Positions 53,601 to 63,240 of a stretch of 64,000 nt of DNA are shown one piece after another. Position numbers and translations under genes: made by a program. Under the pieces are notes generated by a model that saw nothing but the letters and a program-made list of their open reading frames with translations, was not told the DNA's origin and searched no databases. The number at the start of each line of letters is the position of its first letter. Position 1 is the first letter of the stretch. This stretch comes from Hemiscyllium ocellatum (Eukaryota): the NCBI RefSeq assembly GCF_020745735.1, contig NC_083424.1:29622999-29686998 (forward strand), read 5' to 3'.

Positions 53601-56600
53601 ACCTGAGGTTTCACATTAAATGATGTTTTTTCTGGGTCACTTTGCATTTCTTTTTCATATCTTTCAACTAAACTTGCGATGAAGTCTTCAATTTCTTGAT
53701 GAAACTGTCTGAAATTAAAATCAGTGTACAAATCAGAATGGCTGGTGTCAAATTGGAAGTATGCAAAAGAAGCAATAAAACTTAATGATTCTGAAACTTA
53801 CTTTGAAATATTGTTGTTCATAAACAAGATCTGAACCATTGGACCATCTGTTTTGGAGTCACTCACAACTATTTTACTGGCACAAATAAAAAGTTAGTTT
53901 AACATAAACGTTCAAAACTTAGGAAATATGGAATCAAATCTAAATTAACACTTAGATAGCAAATCAAACACAAACCACTAAACAAATTACTTTTTGCCCA
54001 TGTAATCCTATTAAATTATACAACATGTCAAGAAATGGGTCCATGTCTTATAAGATGCATTAATAGCTTTTAGATAATGGTATTTACAAGCCAAAAATTA
54101 GAATATACAAACTGGTCAAATATTGCCATGCAACTAATTCACAAGTATGGAAATAAAAGTATAGAATATAGAATACTTGAGACTGACTTTTTATAATTAG
54201 ACACAATATTACATAGTTCGTGTTTCGAGTTTGAGAGAATGTTGGCTCTCAACTTAAATGTTACCTTGGCTGGGTCAATAGGTTCAACTTCCTCTTCAGT
54301 TCCTGATGTTAAATAGCTGTCAAGGAAAACATCCTCACGCACCATACTGACAATAAGCATTCAAGATCGAACCACAAATATATTTTTCAAAAAATACTTA
54401 AATGTGACAAATAACACATTAAAGTAGTACCGCTGCATTATACAACACATCTTTTACCACACATCATACTAAAAATACAACGGTTACAACAATCCATTTA
54501 CTCTTTGATTTTCTCTCTTTAAAAAGATGAATTACTAAGGATGATACTCAACTCAAAATTAAAGTAAAGAAGTTCTAGACAATATCATGTAAAAACAATA
54601 TAAATTGGCATCTAACTACTATGTATTTACAATAATCTTTGTTCAAACTGGACAGAATCTACACAATCATGTAGAAAAAAAGTCAAGTTTTTTTTTCTAA
54701 TTCTAACTACGTATTCATCAGCTTAGCTTTACACCAAAGTAAAACATACAATACAAGTGCACATTGTGATAATATTCCAAAATTTACTAAGAGATGGGAA
54801 ACAAGATCAAGAACATTGCCTCTCATGCTTTCAGTTTGCCAACTCATACAGAACCAAATCTACTGGGAAGCATACAGTCTGGCTCACAACCTGAACATAA
54901 TTTCTAATCACCTTAAATATCAGAATAACCCATTATTAAATGTCCATACTTAGTATGGCTATAGACACATTCTTTCCCCAATTTGAGAACTGTGTGAAAC
55001 AGAAAACATTTTTATGTGCACAAACCTCCAGGCGGTGGCAGTTTCAAGTGATTATTTGAAGTGCATTAACACTATTACAAAACAGTAAAACTCATGCAAA
55101 AGTTTGCCTTTGCACCTACATTTCAACTATATAGTGCAAATGGAGGCTAAATCCAGGGTTATGGTCTAGTTTTTACTCAGTCTGGTTTGTCTTCAAATCT
55201 GATTGGCTCACATATTAATCCTGTACACAAAGAATAAATTTGAATACATCATACCACATTGTTTATTGGAGTCGTACACCATGGAAACAGACCCTTTGGT
55301 TCACACCAACATGTTCCCTAAGTAAACTAGTATTACCAGCCTCCGCTTGGCCCATATCCCTCCAAACCTTTTCTATTCATGAACTTATCCACTGCTTTCT
55401 CTAGTAGTTCTTACCACATAGGAACTACTGTAAAAAAAAAGTTGCTTCCTAATGTCCTTTTTAAATCTTTCTCCTCTCACCTTAAAAAATAGGCCCACTG
55501 GTTTTCAACACCCCCATTCGAAGGAAAACACCCTTGTTAATGCCCATGATTTTATAAACCTTAAGATCACCTTCAATATCCTATGCTCCAGTATAAAGAA
55601 AAGTCTCAGTCTTTCCAGGTATTTTTAAAAAAACATCTCAAATGTTCCATTCCCAGAAAATCTTTTCTAAACTCTGTCTAATTTAATTATATCCTTCCTA
55701 TAGCAAGGCGACCAGAACTGTACACAGTACTCCAAGAGTTGCCTCACCAACATCCTACACATCCTTCCATCAATGTTAAGACCAACTGTGTAGGTGCAGC
55801 TGTTAACATGACGTCCCAACTCCTATATTCAAAGGAGTGAGCAATGAAGGCAAGTGTGTGTTAAACAACTTCTTAACCATCCTGTCTACCTGTGACGCAA
55901 ATTTCAAAAACGTATTGCACTGCAATTTAATTTTTTAAGAGAGTCCGACGAACAATTTAAAATATCGAGTCATATAAATAATGCATATTCATAGCGGTCT
56001 GAAAACAGACAATCCAAATCTCCTCCGGAATATAAGTGAATAAACTCTACAAGCGTGATAAAAAGGATTTTTTTTAAAAAGGCGTTTTCAATTCGCGAAA
56101 TTTACACCCACTCCTACATTAAAAGTGTATAAAAACGCCCTACGCCTTAAATGTATTTACCCCAAAATGAGACGGTTAAAACTTTGCACATTTAAAATCG
56201 TGTAGCCAATGTGTAGGGAACAGTAAAAGAGAACTAAGGGGGAAAAAAACCCGGTTGTTTCTAATCCGGGTGTTGTTGAGCTTTCTCAGGAAACTGAAAT
56301 GAAATTAGAAAGAGATGACACACGGGCCTATGATCCGGGCCTATCCGGTGAAGCCAAACCAAGAAGTGAAACCTCCTCAAAAAATTCCAGAATTTAAAAA
56401 AAAACACGGTTAACCGCGATCTGAAAGAACAACAACGAATGCCTGAGGACAGCGAGCGAGCGCCGTTAAACCGCCGTTCTGCCCCGTCTCCTTGAACGCG
56501 GCTTCTCGACACGAGCCAATCGCTCCCGAGGCGCCCCGTTTGACTTTTCGAGGAACATTTCTTTTTAAAAGAAAGGATATTCTCCGCTTTCAGGTAACCT

Positions 56601-56755
56601 ATTCTCTCCTCGCATTCCAACAGTTTCTCCCTCATAGCCTCTGCCTCACCCACATCTTCGGAGTCGTTAAAGCGGATGTGCGAAGGTTTTGAATCGTCAA
56701 ACTCATCGAACAACTCGCGGTCCCCGAAATCCAAATCCACCCTCTCGGCGGCCAT
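23221..56755 (-). CDS. ZCCHC8: ZCCHC8, zinc finger CCHC-type containing 8 (NEXT complex scaffold); 14 coding exons, CDS 2175 nt, 724 aa
   Basis: Manually spliced exons keep frame from ATG 56755 to TAA 23221. Recognisable ZCCHC8 segments: [57 protein letters not shown] zinc knuckle, [20 protein letters not shown] domain, and C-terminal [37 protein letters not shown]. Confidence 0.97.
25410..26800 (+). mobile_element. Two adjacent degenerate CR1-type LINE fragments
   Basis: RT-like nucleotide motifs (CCAGTTAGTCT, GTGTATTTGGAC, GGAGTGCCACA) and 3-prime tail at about 26410. Confidence 0.7.
28335..30160 (+). mobile_element. Cluster of degenerate CR1 (about 28335-28765 and 29565-30160) and L2-like (about 28790-29500) fragments
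   Basis: CR1 RT C-terminal motifs (GTTAGGCCAC, TTTTCCCTGGAGCAGAGGAGGCTGA); approximate boundaries. Confidence 0.55.
30815..30929 (-). CDS. ZCCHC8: ZCCHC8 exon 13 (TKYCTNKRG...DMDIDS)
   Basis: 115 nt, pyrimidine tract plus AG, GT donor, phase matches the last exon. Confidence 0.88.
31860..31946 (-). CDS. ZCCHC8: ZCCHC8 exon 12 ([11 protein letters not shown]...NYPM)
   Basis: 87 nt, AG/GTGAGT boundaries. Confidence 0.93.
32356..32508. other. Assembly gap (153 N) in ZCCHC8 intron 11
   Basis: Run of N. Confidence 1.
32900..34260 (-). mobile_element. Old degenerate CR1-type LINE remnants
   Basis: CACATTAAACTCCATCTGCC and similar CR1 motifs; approximate boundaries. Confidence 0.5.
34334..34564. 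mobile_element. Fold-back mini-element made of two inverted Penelope-type pLTR segments (family C), each with a hammerhead motif
   Basis: Arms 34334-34430 and 34431-34526 about 92% complementary; flanked by GAATYAAGTATAAT at 34321-34334 and 34562-34575 (TSD-like). Confidence 0.85.
34372..34411 (-). ncRNA. Minimal type I hammerhead ribozyme motif with intact core, in the ZCCHC8 pre-mRNA orientation
   Basis: GCA-CUGAGGA-U-GUC(A)CCU-AGACC-AGGGAC-GAA-ACGU-U-UGC: 3-bp stem I, 6-bp stem II, palindromic ACGU stem III. Confidence 0.7.
34582..34706 (-). CDS. ZCCHC8: ZCCHC8 exon 11 (DSSDSEM...[22 protein letters not shown])
   Basis: 125 nt, AG/GTAAGC boundaries. Confidence 0.92.
35539..35681 (-). CDS. 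ZCCHC8: ZCCHC8 exon 10, PSP domain (ELKEALGM...[13 protein letters not shown]...LYDGK)
   Basis: 143 nt, also visible in the ORF track (35396..35698). Confidence 0.95.
36119..36249 (-). CDS. ZCCHC8: ZCCHC8 exon 9 ([14 protein letters not shown]...RFKPGVLS)
   Basis: 131 nt, AG/GTAAA boundaries, in frame. Confidence 0.94.
38320..38380 (-). CDS. ZCCHC8: ZCCHC8 exon 8, CCHC zinc knuckle ([20 protein letters not shown])
   Basis: 61 nt, CX2CX4HX4C motif, AG/GTAAG boundaries. Confidence 0.95.
38483..38548 (-). CDS. ZCCHC8: ZCCHC8 exon 7 ([22 protein letters not shown])
   Basis: 66 nt; acceptor lacks a pyrimidine tract and has TTCCTGAAT upstream; GTATGT donor. Confidence 0.93.
38549..40971 (-). other. 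Probable U12-type GT-AG intron 6 of ZCCHC8
   Basis: Donor GTATCCTG, branch-like TTCCTGAAT about 11 nt before AG, no polypyrimidine tract. Confidence 0.75.
40972..41075 (-). CDS. ZCCHC8: ZCCHC8 exon 6 ([35 protein letters not shown])
   Basis: 104 nt; donor GTATCCTG (U12-like). Confidence 0.95.
43639..44501 (+). pseudogene. L1 ORF1p (coiled coil, RRM, CTD) with one frameshift near 43745
   Basis: [38 protein letters not shown] motifs; upstream ATG 43639 is out of frame with ORF 43749..44501. Confidence 0.88.
45150..48955 (+). pseudogene. L1 ORF2p (APE endonuclease, RT, C-terminal CCHC) with a frameshift near 45215 and a premature TGA at 48275-48277
   Basis: [65 protein letters not shown]; ORF 48314..48955 is in frame with 45392..48277. 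Confidence 0.95.
49770..52760 (+). mobile_element. Internally deleted class I (gamma/epsilon-like) endogenous retrovirus: leader/gag remnant, RNase H, integrase, env TM remnant, LTR-like end
   Basis: [36 protein letters not shown] (about 50365-50540); [49 protein letters not shown] (50798-51290); hydrophobic [11 protein letters not shown] (about 52340-52372); no RT seen. Confidence 0.85.
53443..53520 (-). CDS. ZCCHC8: ZCCHC8 exon 5 (PSSVLLEE...KEAFH)
   Basis: 78 nt, TTTCAG/GTAAGT boundaries. Confidence 0.92.
53603..53708 (-). CDS. ZCCHC8: ZCCHC8 exon 4 (QFHQEIEDF...TSFNVKPQ)
   Basis: 106 nt, AG/GT boundaries, in frame. Confidence 0.93.
53802..53876 (-). CDS. ZCCHC8: ZCCHC8 exon 3 ([25 protein letters not shown])
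   Basis: 75 nt, AG/GTAAG boundaries, in frame. Confidence 0.93.
54265..54307 (-). CDS. ZCCHC8: ZCCHC8 exon 2 ([15 protein letters not shown])
   Basis: 43 nt; preceded by branch TTCCTTGAC and AC acceptor; GTAAC donor. Confidence 0.92.
54308..56580 (-). other. U12-type (minor spliceosome) AT-AC intron 1 of ZCCHC8
   Basis: Donor ATATCCTT (56573-56580), branch TTCCTTGAC (54319-54327), terminal AC (54308-54309); required to keep frame. Confidence 0.92.
55268..55905 (-). mobile_element. CR1-type LINE 3-prime fragment in ZCCHC8 intron 1
   Basis: GACCAGAACTGTACACAGTACTCCAA (reverse of LEYCVQFWS) and CR1 tail. Confidence 0.8.
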
Positions 56756-56960
56756 CTTGTCACTAGGCGGCAAGTGACGTGTCGGGTTAAAGGGCGAGGT
56801 TCAGAGTGCAGGCCTTTGTGACCCTTCGGGCTGGTTTCGTGGTGATTGACGGAACCGTTTGGCTGAAGCATTTATTAACCGTCTGTTGTTCTTCCTGCAC
56901 ATAGGGATGCAGCATCGTGCATGAGATAGAGAGCCGCGTTAGTGAGTCTTCGGTCAATGT
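56440..56960 (-). promoter_or_regulatory. CpG-rich ZCCHC8 promoter/first-exon region
   Basis: Local CpG enrichment in a CpG-poor genome; YY1-type AAGATGGCCGC overlapping the ATG (56748-56759); CRE/ATF-like GTGACGTG at 56774-56781. Confidence 0.7.
56581..56755 (-). CDS. ZCCHC8: ZCCHC8 coding exon 1 (MAAER...YLKAE)
   Basis: ATG in AAGATGGCC context; 175 nt; ends at U12 donor ATATCCTT. Confidence 0.93.
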
Positions 56961-57799
56961 TAAGACCGACTGTGTAGGTGCAGCTGTTAACATGCAGGAA
57001 AAGCTGGCAGCGCAATATGTGAAATGCTAGTTCAATTTTCAAGTCAAGAACTGGCAGAAAGGGCAGGAGATTTGGTCTAGGAAATAGAACCGGCAGAGAC
57101 ACGATGGGCCGAACGTCCTCCTTCTACGCTGTAATAAATCTGTGACTCTGAGAACGATTGAGATTTTGTTGGGCCTGGATCACTTACTGACGAGGAGCGA
57201 CAGTATCGGGGACAGTCGTCTTTCTCATTCAAGAGTTCATTAGTCTGTTACGCATTTAAAACGTACCTTCTTTTTAATCTTGGAGTTTCTCTCGGAACAG
57301 GAACCAACTTCATCGTGAGATCTGACTATTTCTGTTCCTCCAATTAAATGTTGCAAAAAATTAATCATGGCAACTGTTGAACGTTTTCCCCTGCGTTTGC
57401 CAGAATGGAGTGTGGGTCTCCGGAAATTCAGATATGTATTCTTGAGTCCTCCCAATTCAGTTAATGTGTGTCAAGATTTTCAGGCGAAGGTTCGTGTTAT
57501 CTAAATTAATAAAATTAGAGTTTGTTGTTTTCTCACAGCATTTAAATGTCTTACGATTTTGGGTGTGAATTCCCTAACTTTTAAACAGAAAAGGGTAAGA
57601 TGACAGCTGTAATTTTAACATGTATCATATTCGTCAACTTAGTTTATACAATTTAAAAGTTTATATTTTGGAAAATAATTAGAGTGGATAAAGTGTTGGT
57701 TTTAGTGTAGTTTCTCTATCCATAACAATTGAAAACACTAAAGCAATGTATATCTGAATTATTGCTTTCTTGCAATGTTCAAATAAGTAAAAATATGAA

Positions 57800-58100
57800 T
57801 CAGTTTGTAAGTTTCCTTGCTGAGCTGGAAGGTTTGTTTTCCGATGTTTTGTAGCCATGCTAGGTAACATCATAAGTGAGCCTCCGGTGAAGCACTGGTG
57901 TTCAGTCCCACTTTCTATTTATGTGTCTTGGTCTGTTAAGGTGGGTGATATCATTTCCGGTTCTTCTTCTCAGAGATTGGGAAATGGGGTCCAAATCGAT
58001 GAGTTTATTGATGAACTCCATCAATTAAAAACATTGATTTGGACCCCATTTCCCAACCTTTTATTGCCGTTATCACTTCCAATACCAGATGGTCCGCCTG
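57800..58100 (-). mobile_element. Degenerate Penelope-like pLTR related to family C, with an eroded hammerhead motif at about 57838-57880
   Basis: Minus strand CACTTATGATGTTACCTAGCATGGCTACAAAACATC resembles the 34.4 kb element. Confidence 0.55.
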
Positions 58101-58129
58101 ATTTAATTTTCTTTATTGAAACTTCATAC

Positions 58130-58415
58130 TGATTGATACAACTGAGTGGCTTGCCAGGCTATTTCACAGGGCAATTTAGAGTAACTACATTGTTCTTGTC
58201 TGGAGTTGCATGTAGGGCAGATGTTATTGAATTAGATGGGGTTTTCCTACAATCAGAAGTGGTTTTGTGGTCCTTGTTAGGTTGTTAATTCCTGATATTT
58301 ATTAAATTCAATTTCCACTATCTGCTAAGGTGGTATTCAAACCTGCATCCTGAGAACGTTACCTGAATTTCTGGATTAATAGTCCAGCGATAATACAAGA
58401 AGGCCATCTTCCCAC
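58130..58415 (-). mobile_element. Degenerate tRNA-derived SINE (related copies near 16645-16740 and 17850-18130)
   Basis: Shared TTTCTGGATTA.TAGTC.AG.GATAATAC motif and B-box-like sequence. Confidence 0.55.
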
Positions 58416-58507
58416 TTGAACTTAAAGGATGATGTGGAGGACCCAGTGTTGGACTGGAGTGGACAATCGATTAAAAATCATACTACACCAGGTTATAATC
58501 AACTAGG

Positions 58508-60508
58508 AGAAAGTAAGGACTGCAGATGTTGGAGATCAGAGCTGAAAAATGTGTTGCTGGAAAAGCACAGCAGGTCAGGCAGCATCCAAGGAGCAGGAGA
58601 ATCGACGTTTTGGGCATAAGCACTTCTTCAGGAATGAGGAAGGTGTGCCAAGCAGGCTAAGGTAAAAGATAGGGAGGAGGGACTTTGGGGAGGGGAGTTG
58701 GGAATGCGATAGGTGGAAGGAGGTTAAGGTGAGGATGATAGGCCAGAGAGGAGGTGACGGTGGAGAGGTCAGGAAGAAGATTGCAGGGCAACAAGGCGGT
58801 GCTGAGTCCAAGGGTTGGGACTGAGATAAGGTGGGGGGAGAGGAATTGAGGAAGCTGGAGAAATCTGCATTCATCCCTTGTGGTTGGAGGGTTCCTAGGC
58901 AGAAGATGAGGCACTCTTCCTCCAGGGGTCATGTTGCCGTGGTCTGGCAATGGAGGAGGCTGAGGACCTGCATGTCCTTGGCGGAGTGGGAGGTGGAGTT
59001 AAAGTGTTCAGCCACGGGGCGGTTGGGTTGGTTGGTGCAGGTGTCCCAGAGGAGTTCTCTGAAACGTTCCGCAAGTAGGCAGCCTGTCTCCCCAATGTAA
59101 AGGAGGCCACATCAGGTGCAGCGGACGCAGTAAATGATGTGTGGAGGTGCAGGTGAATTTGTGATGGATATGGAAGGATCTCTTGGGGCCTTGGAGGGAT
59201 GTGAGGGGAAAGGTGTGGGCACAAGTTTTGCATTTCTTGCGGTTGCAGGGGAAGGTGCCAGGAGTGGAGGTTGGATTGGTGGGGGGTGTGGACCTGAAGA
59301 AGGAATCGCGGAGGGAGTGGTCTTTCCGGAACGCTGATAGGGGAGGGGAGGGAAATTTATCCTTGGTGATGGGGTCTGTTTGGAGGTGGCGGAAATGACG
59401 AAGGATGATACGATGTATCTGGTGGGTTGGTGGGGTGGTAGGTGAGGACCAGTGGGGGTTCTGTCCTGGTGGCAATTGGAGGGGTGGGGTTCAAAGGCGG
59501 AGGAGCGGGAAGTGGAGGAGATGCGGTGGAGAGCATCGTCAACCACGTATAAGGGGAAATTGCAGTCTTTGAAGAAGGAGGCCATCTGGGTTGTTCGGTA
59601 TTAGAATTGGTCTTCCTGGGAGCAGATGTGGTGGAGGCGAAGGAATTGGGAATATGGGATGGCGTTTTTACAGTGGGCAAGGTGGGAGGAGGTGTAATCT
59701 AGGTAGCTGTGGGAGTCGGTCGATTTATAGTAAATGTCTGTGTTGAGTCGGTCGCCCGAGATAGAAATGGAGAGGTCTAGGAAGGGGAGGGAGGAGTCTG
59801 AGATGGTCCAGGTAAATTTGAGGTCGGGGTGGAAGGTGTTGGTAAAGTGGTTGAACTATTCAACCTCCTCGTGGGAGCATGAGGTAGCACCGATACAGTC
59901 ATCGATGTAGCGGAGGAAAAGGTGGGGGATGGTGCCAGTGTAGCTGCGGAAGATGATGGACTGATCCACATATCCTTCGAAGAGACAGGCATAGCTGGGG
60001 CCAATGTGGGTGCCCATGGCAACTCCTTTGGTTTGGAGGAAGTGGGAGGATTGGAAAGAGAAGTTGTTCAGAGTGAAGACCAATTCAGTCACTCGAAGGA
60101 GGGTGTCAGTGGAAGGGTACTGGTTGTTTTGTCGGGAAAGGAAGAAGCAGAGGGCTTTGAGGCCTTCGTGATGGGGGATGGAGGTGTACAGAGACTGGAT
60201 GTTCCTGATGAAGATAAGGCGTTGGGGCCGGGGAAGCGAAAATCGTGGAGGGCGTGGGTGGTGTCCTGTCCGTAGGTGGGGAGTTCTTGGACTAAGGGGG
60301 ACAGGACCGTGTCGAGTATGCAGAGATGACTCCGGTGGGGCAGGAGCAGGCTGAGACAAGGGTTGGCCGGGGCAGTCAGGTTTGTGGATTTTGGGCAGGA
60401 GGTAGAAACGGGTGGTGCAGGGTTGTGGGACTATGAGGTTGGAGGCGGTGGATGGGAGATCCCCTGAGGTGATGAGGTTATGGATGGTCTGGGAGATGAT
60501 AGTTTGGT
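58508..60508 (-). mobile_element. Penelope-like family A, 2 kb RT plus GIY-YIG remnant with 3-prime pLTR
   Basis: SLYTSIPH, FTLNNFSF, QTKGVAMG, FLRYIDDCIG, IIYCVRC; 19-bp TSD CAGGTTATARTCMACTAGG at 58489-58507 and 60509-60527. Confidence 0.93.
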
Positions 60509-60540
60509 CAGGTTATAGTCCACTAGGTTTATTTGGAAGC

Positions 60541-60575
60541 ATTAGCTTTCGGAGCGCTGCTCCTTCATCAGGTAG
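60541..60575 (-). ncRNA. Minimal hammerhead ribozyme motif (Penelope family B pLTR)
   Basis: CUGAUGA-A-GGAGC-AGC-GCUCC-GAA-AGCU-A; palindromic AGCU stem III; first stem I pair mismatched. Confidence 0.7.
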
Positions 60576-61498
60576 TTGTGGAGAATAAGACCATAAGACA
60601 CAGAATTTATAGCAAAAGATCACAGTGTCATGCAACTGAAATGATACATTGAACAAACCTGGATTGCTGTTAAGTCTTTCATCTTTTAGCATGGGTTGCA
60701 GGTTTCGGTTCATTAATATATAAATCCCAGAAATACTTTTAAGTCACCTTCTCAAGATAACTTAAGGTTTTATAACAAAAGGTGACATCTCAGCTCAGAC
60801 AATGCATTAAAAGTGTGAGGTTAGTCTGTCTGATTCCTAATTTTGAGTCAGACAGGTTCTATTTCCAAAGTGGAATTTATGAACTATTACATGCATTGAC
60901 TGCCAGCAGATTGTGCATCTTTGAAGCAAAATAGAATGTATCTGCAAATATAATTCTGCAAATACAAATTCACCTCATTGACTTATGTTTGTGTGCGCCT
61001 TCATGAGAGAGTGAGTGTGCATGTGAATGAGTGTGTGTTTGCACGTGTGAAAGGTTGTTAAAGTGTCTGTGGAGTGCGATAGAATATAAACCTGTGAGAA
61101 GTTGTGTGCACGGGTGTGGGTGGTGCCATGAACCCAAAGTCCTGGTTGAGGCCATCCTCATCGGTACCAAACTTGGCCATCAATCTCTCTTTGGCCACTT
61201 TGTGTTATTGCCTATCCTGAAATCTGCCTTGGAGGATGGTTACCCAAAGATCTGAGGCCGAATGTCCCTGACCGTTGAAGTGTTCCCCGACTGGGAAGGA
61301 ACACCCCTGTTTGGTGATTGTTGCGTGGTGTCCATTCATCCATTGTTGTAGCATCTGCTTGGTCTTGCCAATGTGCCATGCCTAGGAGCATCCTTCAAAC
61401 CAAAGGGGCCCAGCTATGTCTGCCTCTGTCGGGTACATGGAACAGTCCATCTTCCACAGTTACACCGGTACCATCCCCCACCTGTGTCTCCGCTACAG

Positions 61499-61811
61499 TG
61501 ATTAGATTAGATTAGATTAGATTACTTACAGTGTGGAAACAGGCCCTTCGGCCCAACTAGTCCACACCGACCCGCCGAAGCACAACCCACCCATACCCCT
61601 ACATTTACCCCTTACCTAACACTACGGGCAATTTAGCATGGCCAATTCACCTGACCCGCACATCTTTGGACTGTGGGAGGAAACCGGAGCACCCGGAGGA
61701 AACCCACGCAGACACTGGGAGAACGTGTAAACTCCACACAGTCAGTCGCCTGAGTCGGGAATTGAACCCGGGTCTCAGGCGCTGTGAGACAGCAGTGCTA
61801 ACCACTGTGCC
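61499..61811 (-). mobile_element. HE1-type V-SINE (elasmobranch tRNA-derived SINE), well preserved copy
   Basis: A box GGCACAGTGGTTAGC, B box GGTTCAATTCC, V-core GTGGGTTTCCTCCGGGTGCTCCGGTTTCCTCCCACAGTCCAAAGA, CR1-like tail ending in (TCTAA)n. Confidence 0.9.
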
Positions 61812-63203
61812 GTTAGTAGATGTATGAATGGATGTATTGACAAGAGCTCACATTTTGAGATGTTTACAGTTAGAAGACAAAAAGCACTAGTGACTAAATG
61901 CTATTTACAGAATGAAACACCCCTTTCTCTGTTTTAGCAGAACTGAGCACACTTCACCATTCTATGTTATACTGTCCTTTCAGTAGATGATGAATTGTCC
62001 CAAAATCAGTCCAAAGTGATTCTTGGTTCCTGAGGGTTTACCTCTCATGTTTCCTTTCTCAGCCTGGTAATGTCAAACTGCAGAACATTCATTCACAATT
62101 GGAGTATTATTGGAGATCCTCCCTCTAGCAATAGCTAGGCATAACTTACGGTTCTGTTTTAAATCCTCATAGATTTGGTCTTTGACTGTATCGGCGCTAA
62201 CCTATGCTTCCACGATGAGGTTAAACATCCGCTTCATCAACACCTTTCACCCCAAACTCAAATTCAACTGGACCATCTTGGACACTTCCTTCCCCTTCTT
62301 GGATCAACTAATCATGGACATCTACTACAACCCCATCGACTCCCACAGCTACCTAGACTACATCTTCTTCTACCCTACCTCCTGTAAAAACACCATCCCT
62401 TATTTCCATTTCCTCCAACTCCTCCACATCAGTTCCCAGGATGACCAATTTCACCTGAAAAAACCCCAGATGACGTCCTTCTTTCAAGATCGCAATTTCC
62501 CTTCCCACATGGTCAACGATGCCCTCGAGTGCATCCCCTCCGTCTCCCACATCAACGCCCTTGAATCCCACCTCTCCCAACGCAGCAAGGATGGAATCCA
62601 CCCCCCCCCCCACCGTCCTCACCTTCCATGCCACCAACCTCCGCATGCATCGCAGCATCCTCTGCCAATTCCGCCACATACAAATGGACCACACCACCAG
62701 AGACGTAGTTCCCTTCCCACTCCTATCAGCATTCCATGAGACCATTCCCTCCGTGTGTCCCTCACGCCGCTCACCAGCCCACAACGTTGCACCCAATGTG
62801 GTATCCTCGACATCGGGGAGACAGGATACTTACTTACAAATCACTTCAGAGAACATCTCTGGGACACCTGCTCCCACCAACCCCAACATCCTTTCACGGA
62901 GCACTTCAACTCCTCCTCCCACTCCGTCAAGGAAATGCAGGTCCTGGGCCTCCTCCGTTGCCAAACCCTCACCACCTGACACCTGGAGGAAGAGCACCTC
63001 ATATTCTGCCTTGGGACCCTGCAACCATTGGGGATCAATGTGGACTTCAACATTTTCCTCATTTCCCCTCCCGCCACATTATCGCATTTGCAAACCTCCA
63101 ACCTATCACCTTCTCCCTCACCTTTATCTACCTATTGCTTTCTCAGCTATCATCCCCCTCTCCCTCACATTTATCATTCAGCGCTCCCCAGCCAATAAGC
63201 CTC

Positions 63204-63240
63204 ACTCCTGATGAAGGGCTTATGCCCGAAACATTGATTC
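63204..63240 (+). ncRNA. Minimal hammerhead ribozyme motif (Penelope family A pLTR)
   Basis: CTGATGA-A-GGGC-TTAT-GCCC-GAAAC; stem III palindrome ACGT eroded to ACAT. Confidence 0.65.

Noticed and set aside
56261-56580. Extension of the exon 1 ORF and an LRKLNNTR-like segment near 56290
   Set aside because: Read-through into the AT-AC intron; the AG there gives an immediate stop in phase, and the true exon 2 is 54265-54307.
57187-57225. CTGACGA followed by a stem, resembling a hammerhead
   Set aside because: No GAAA core follows the stem.
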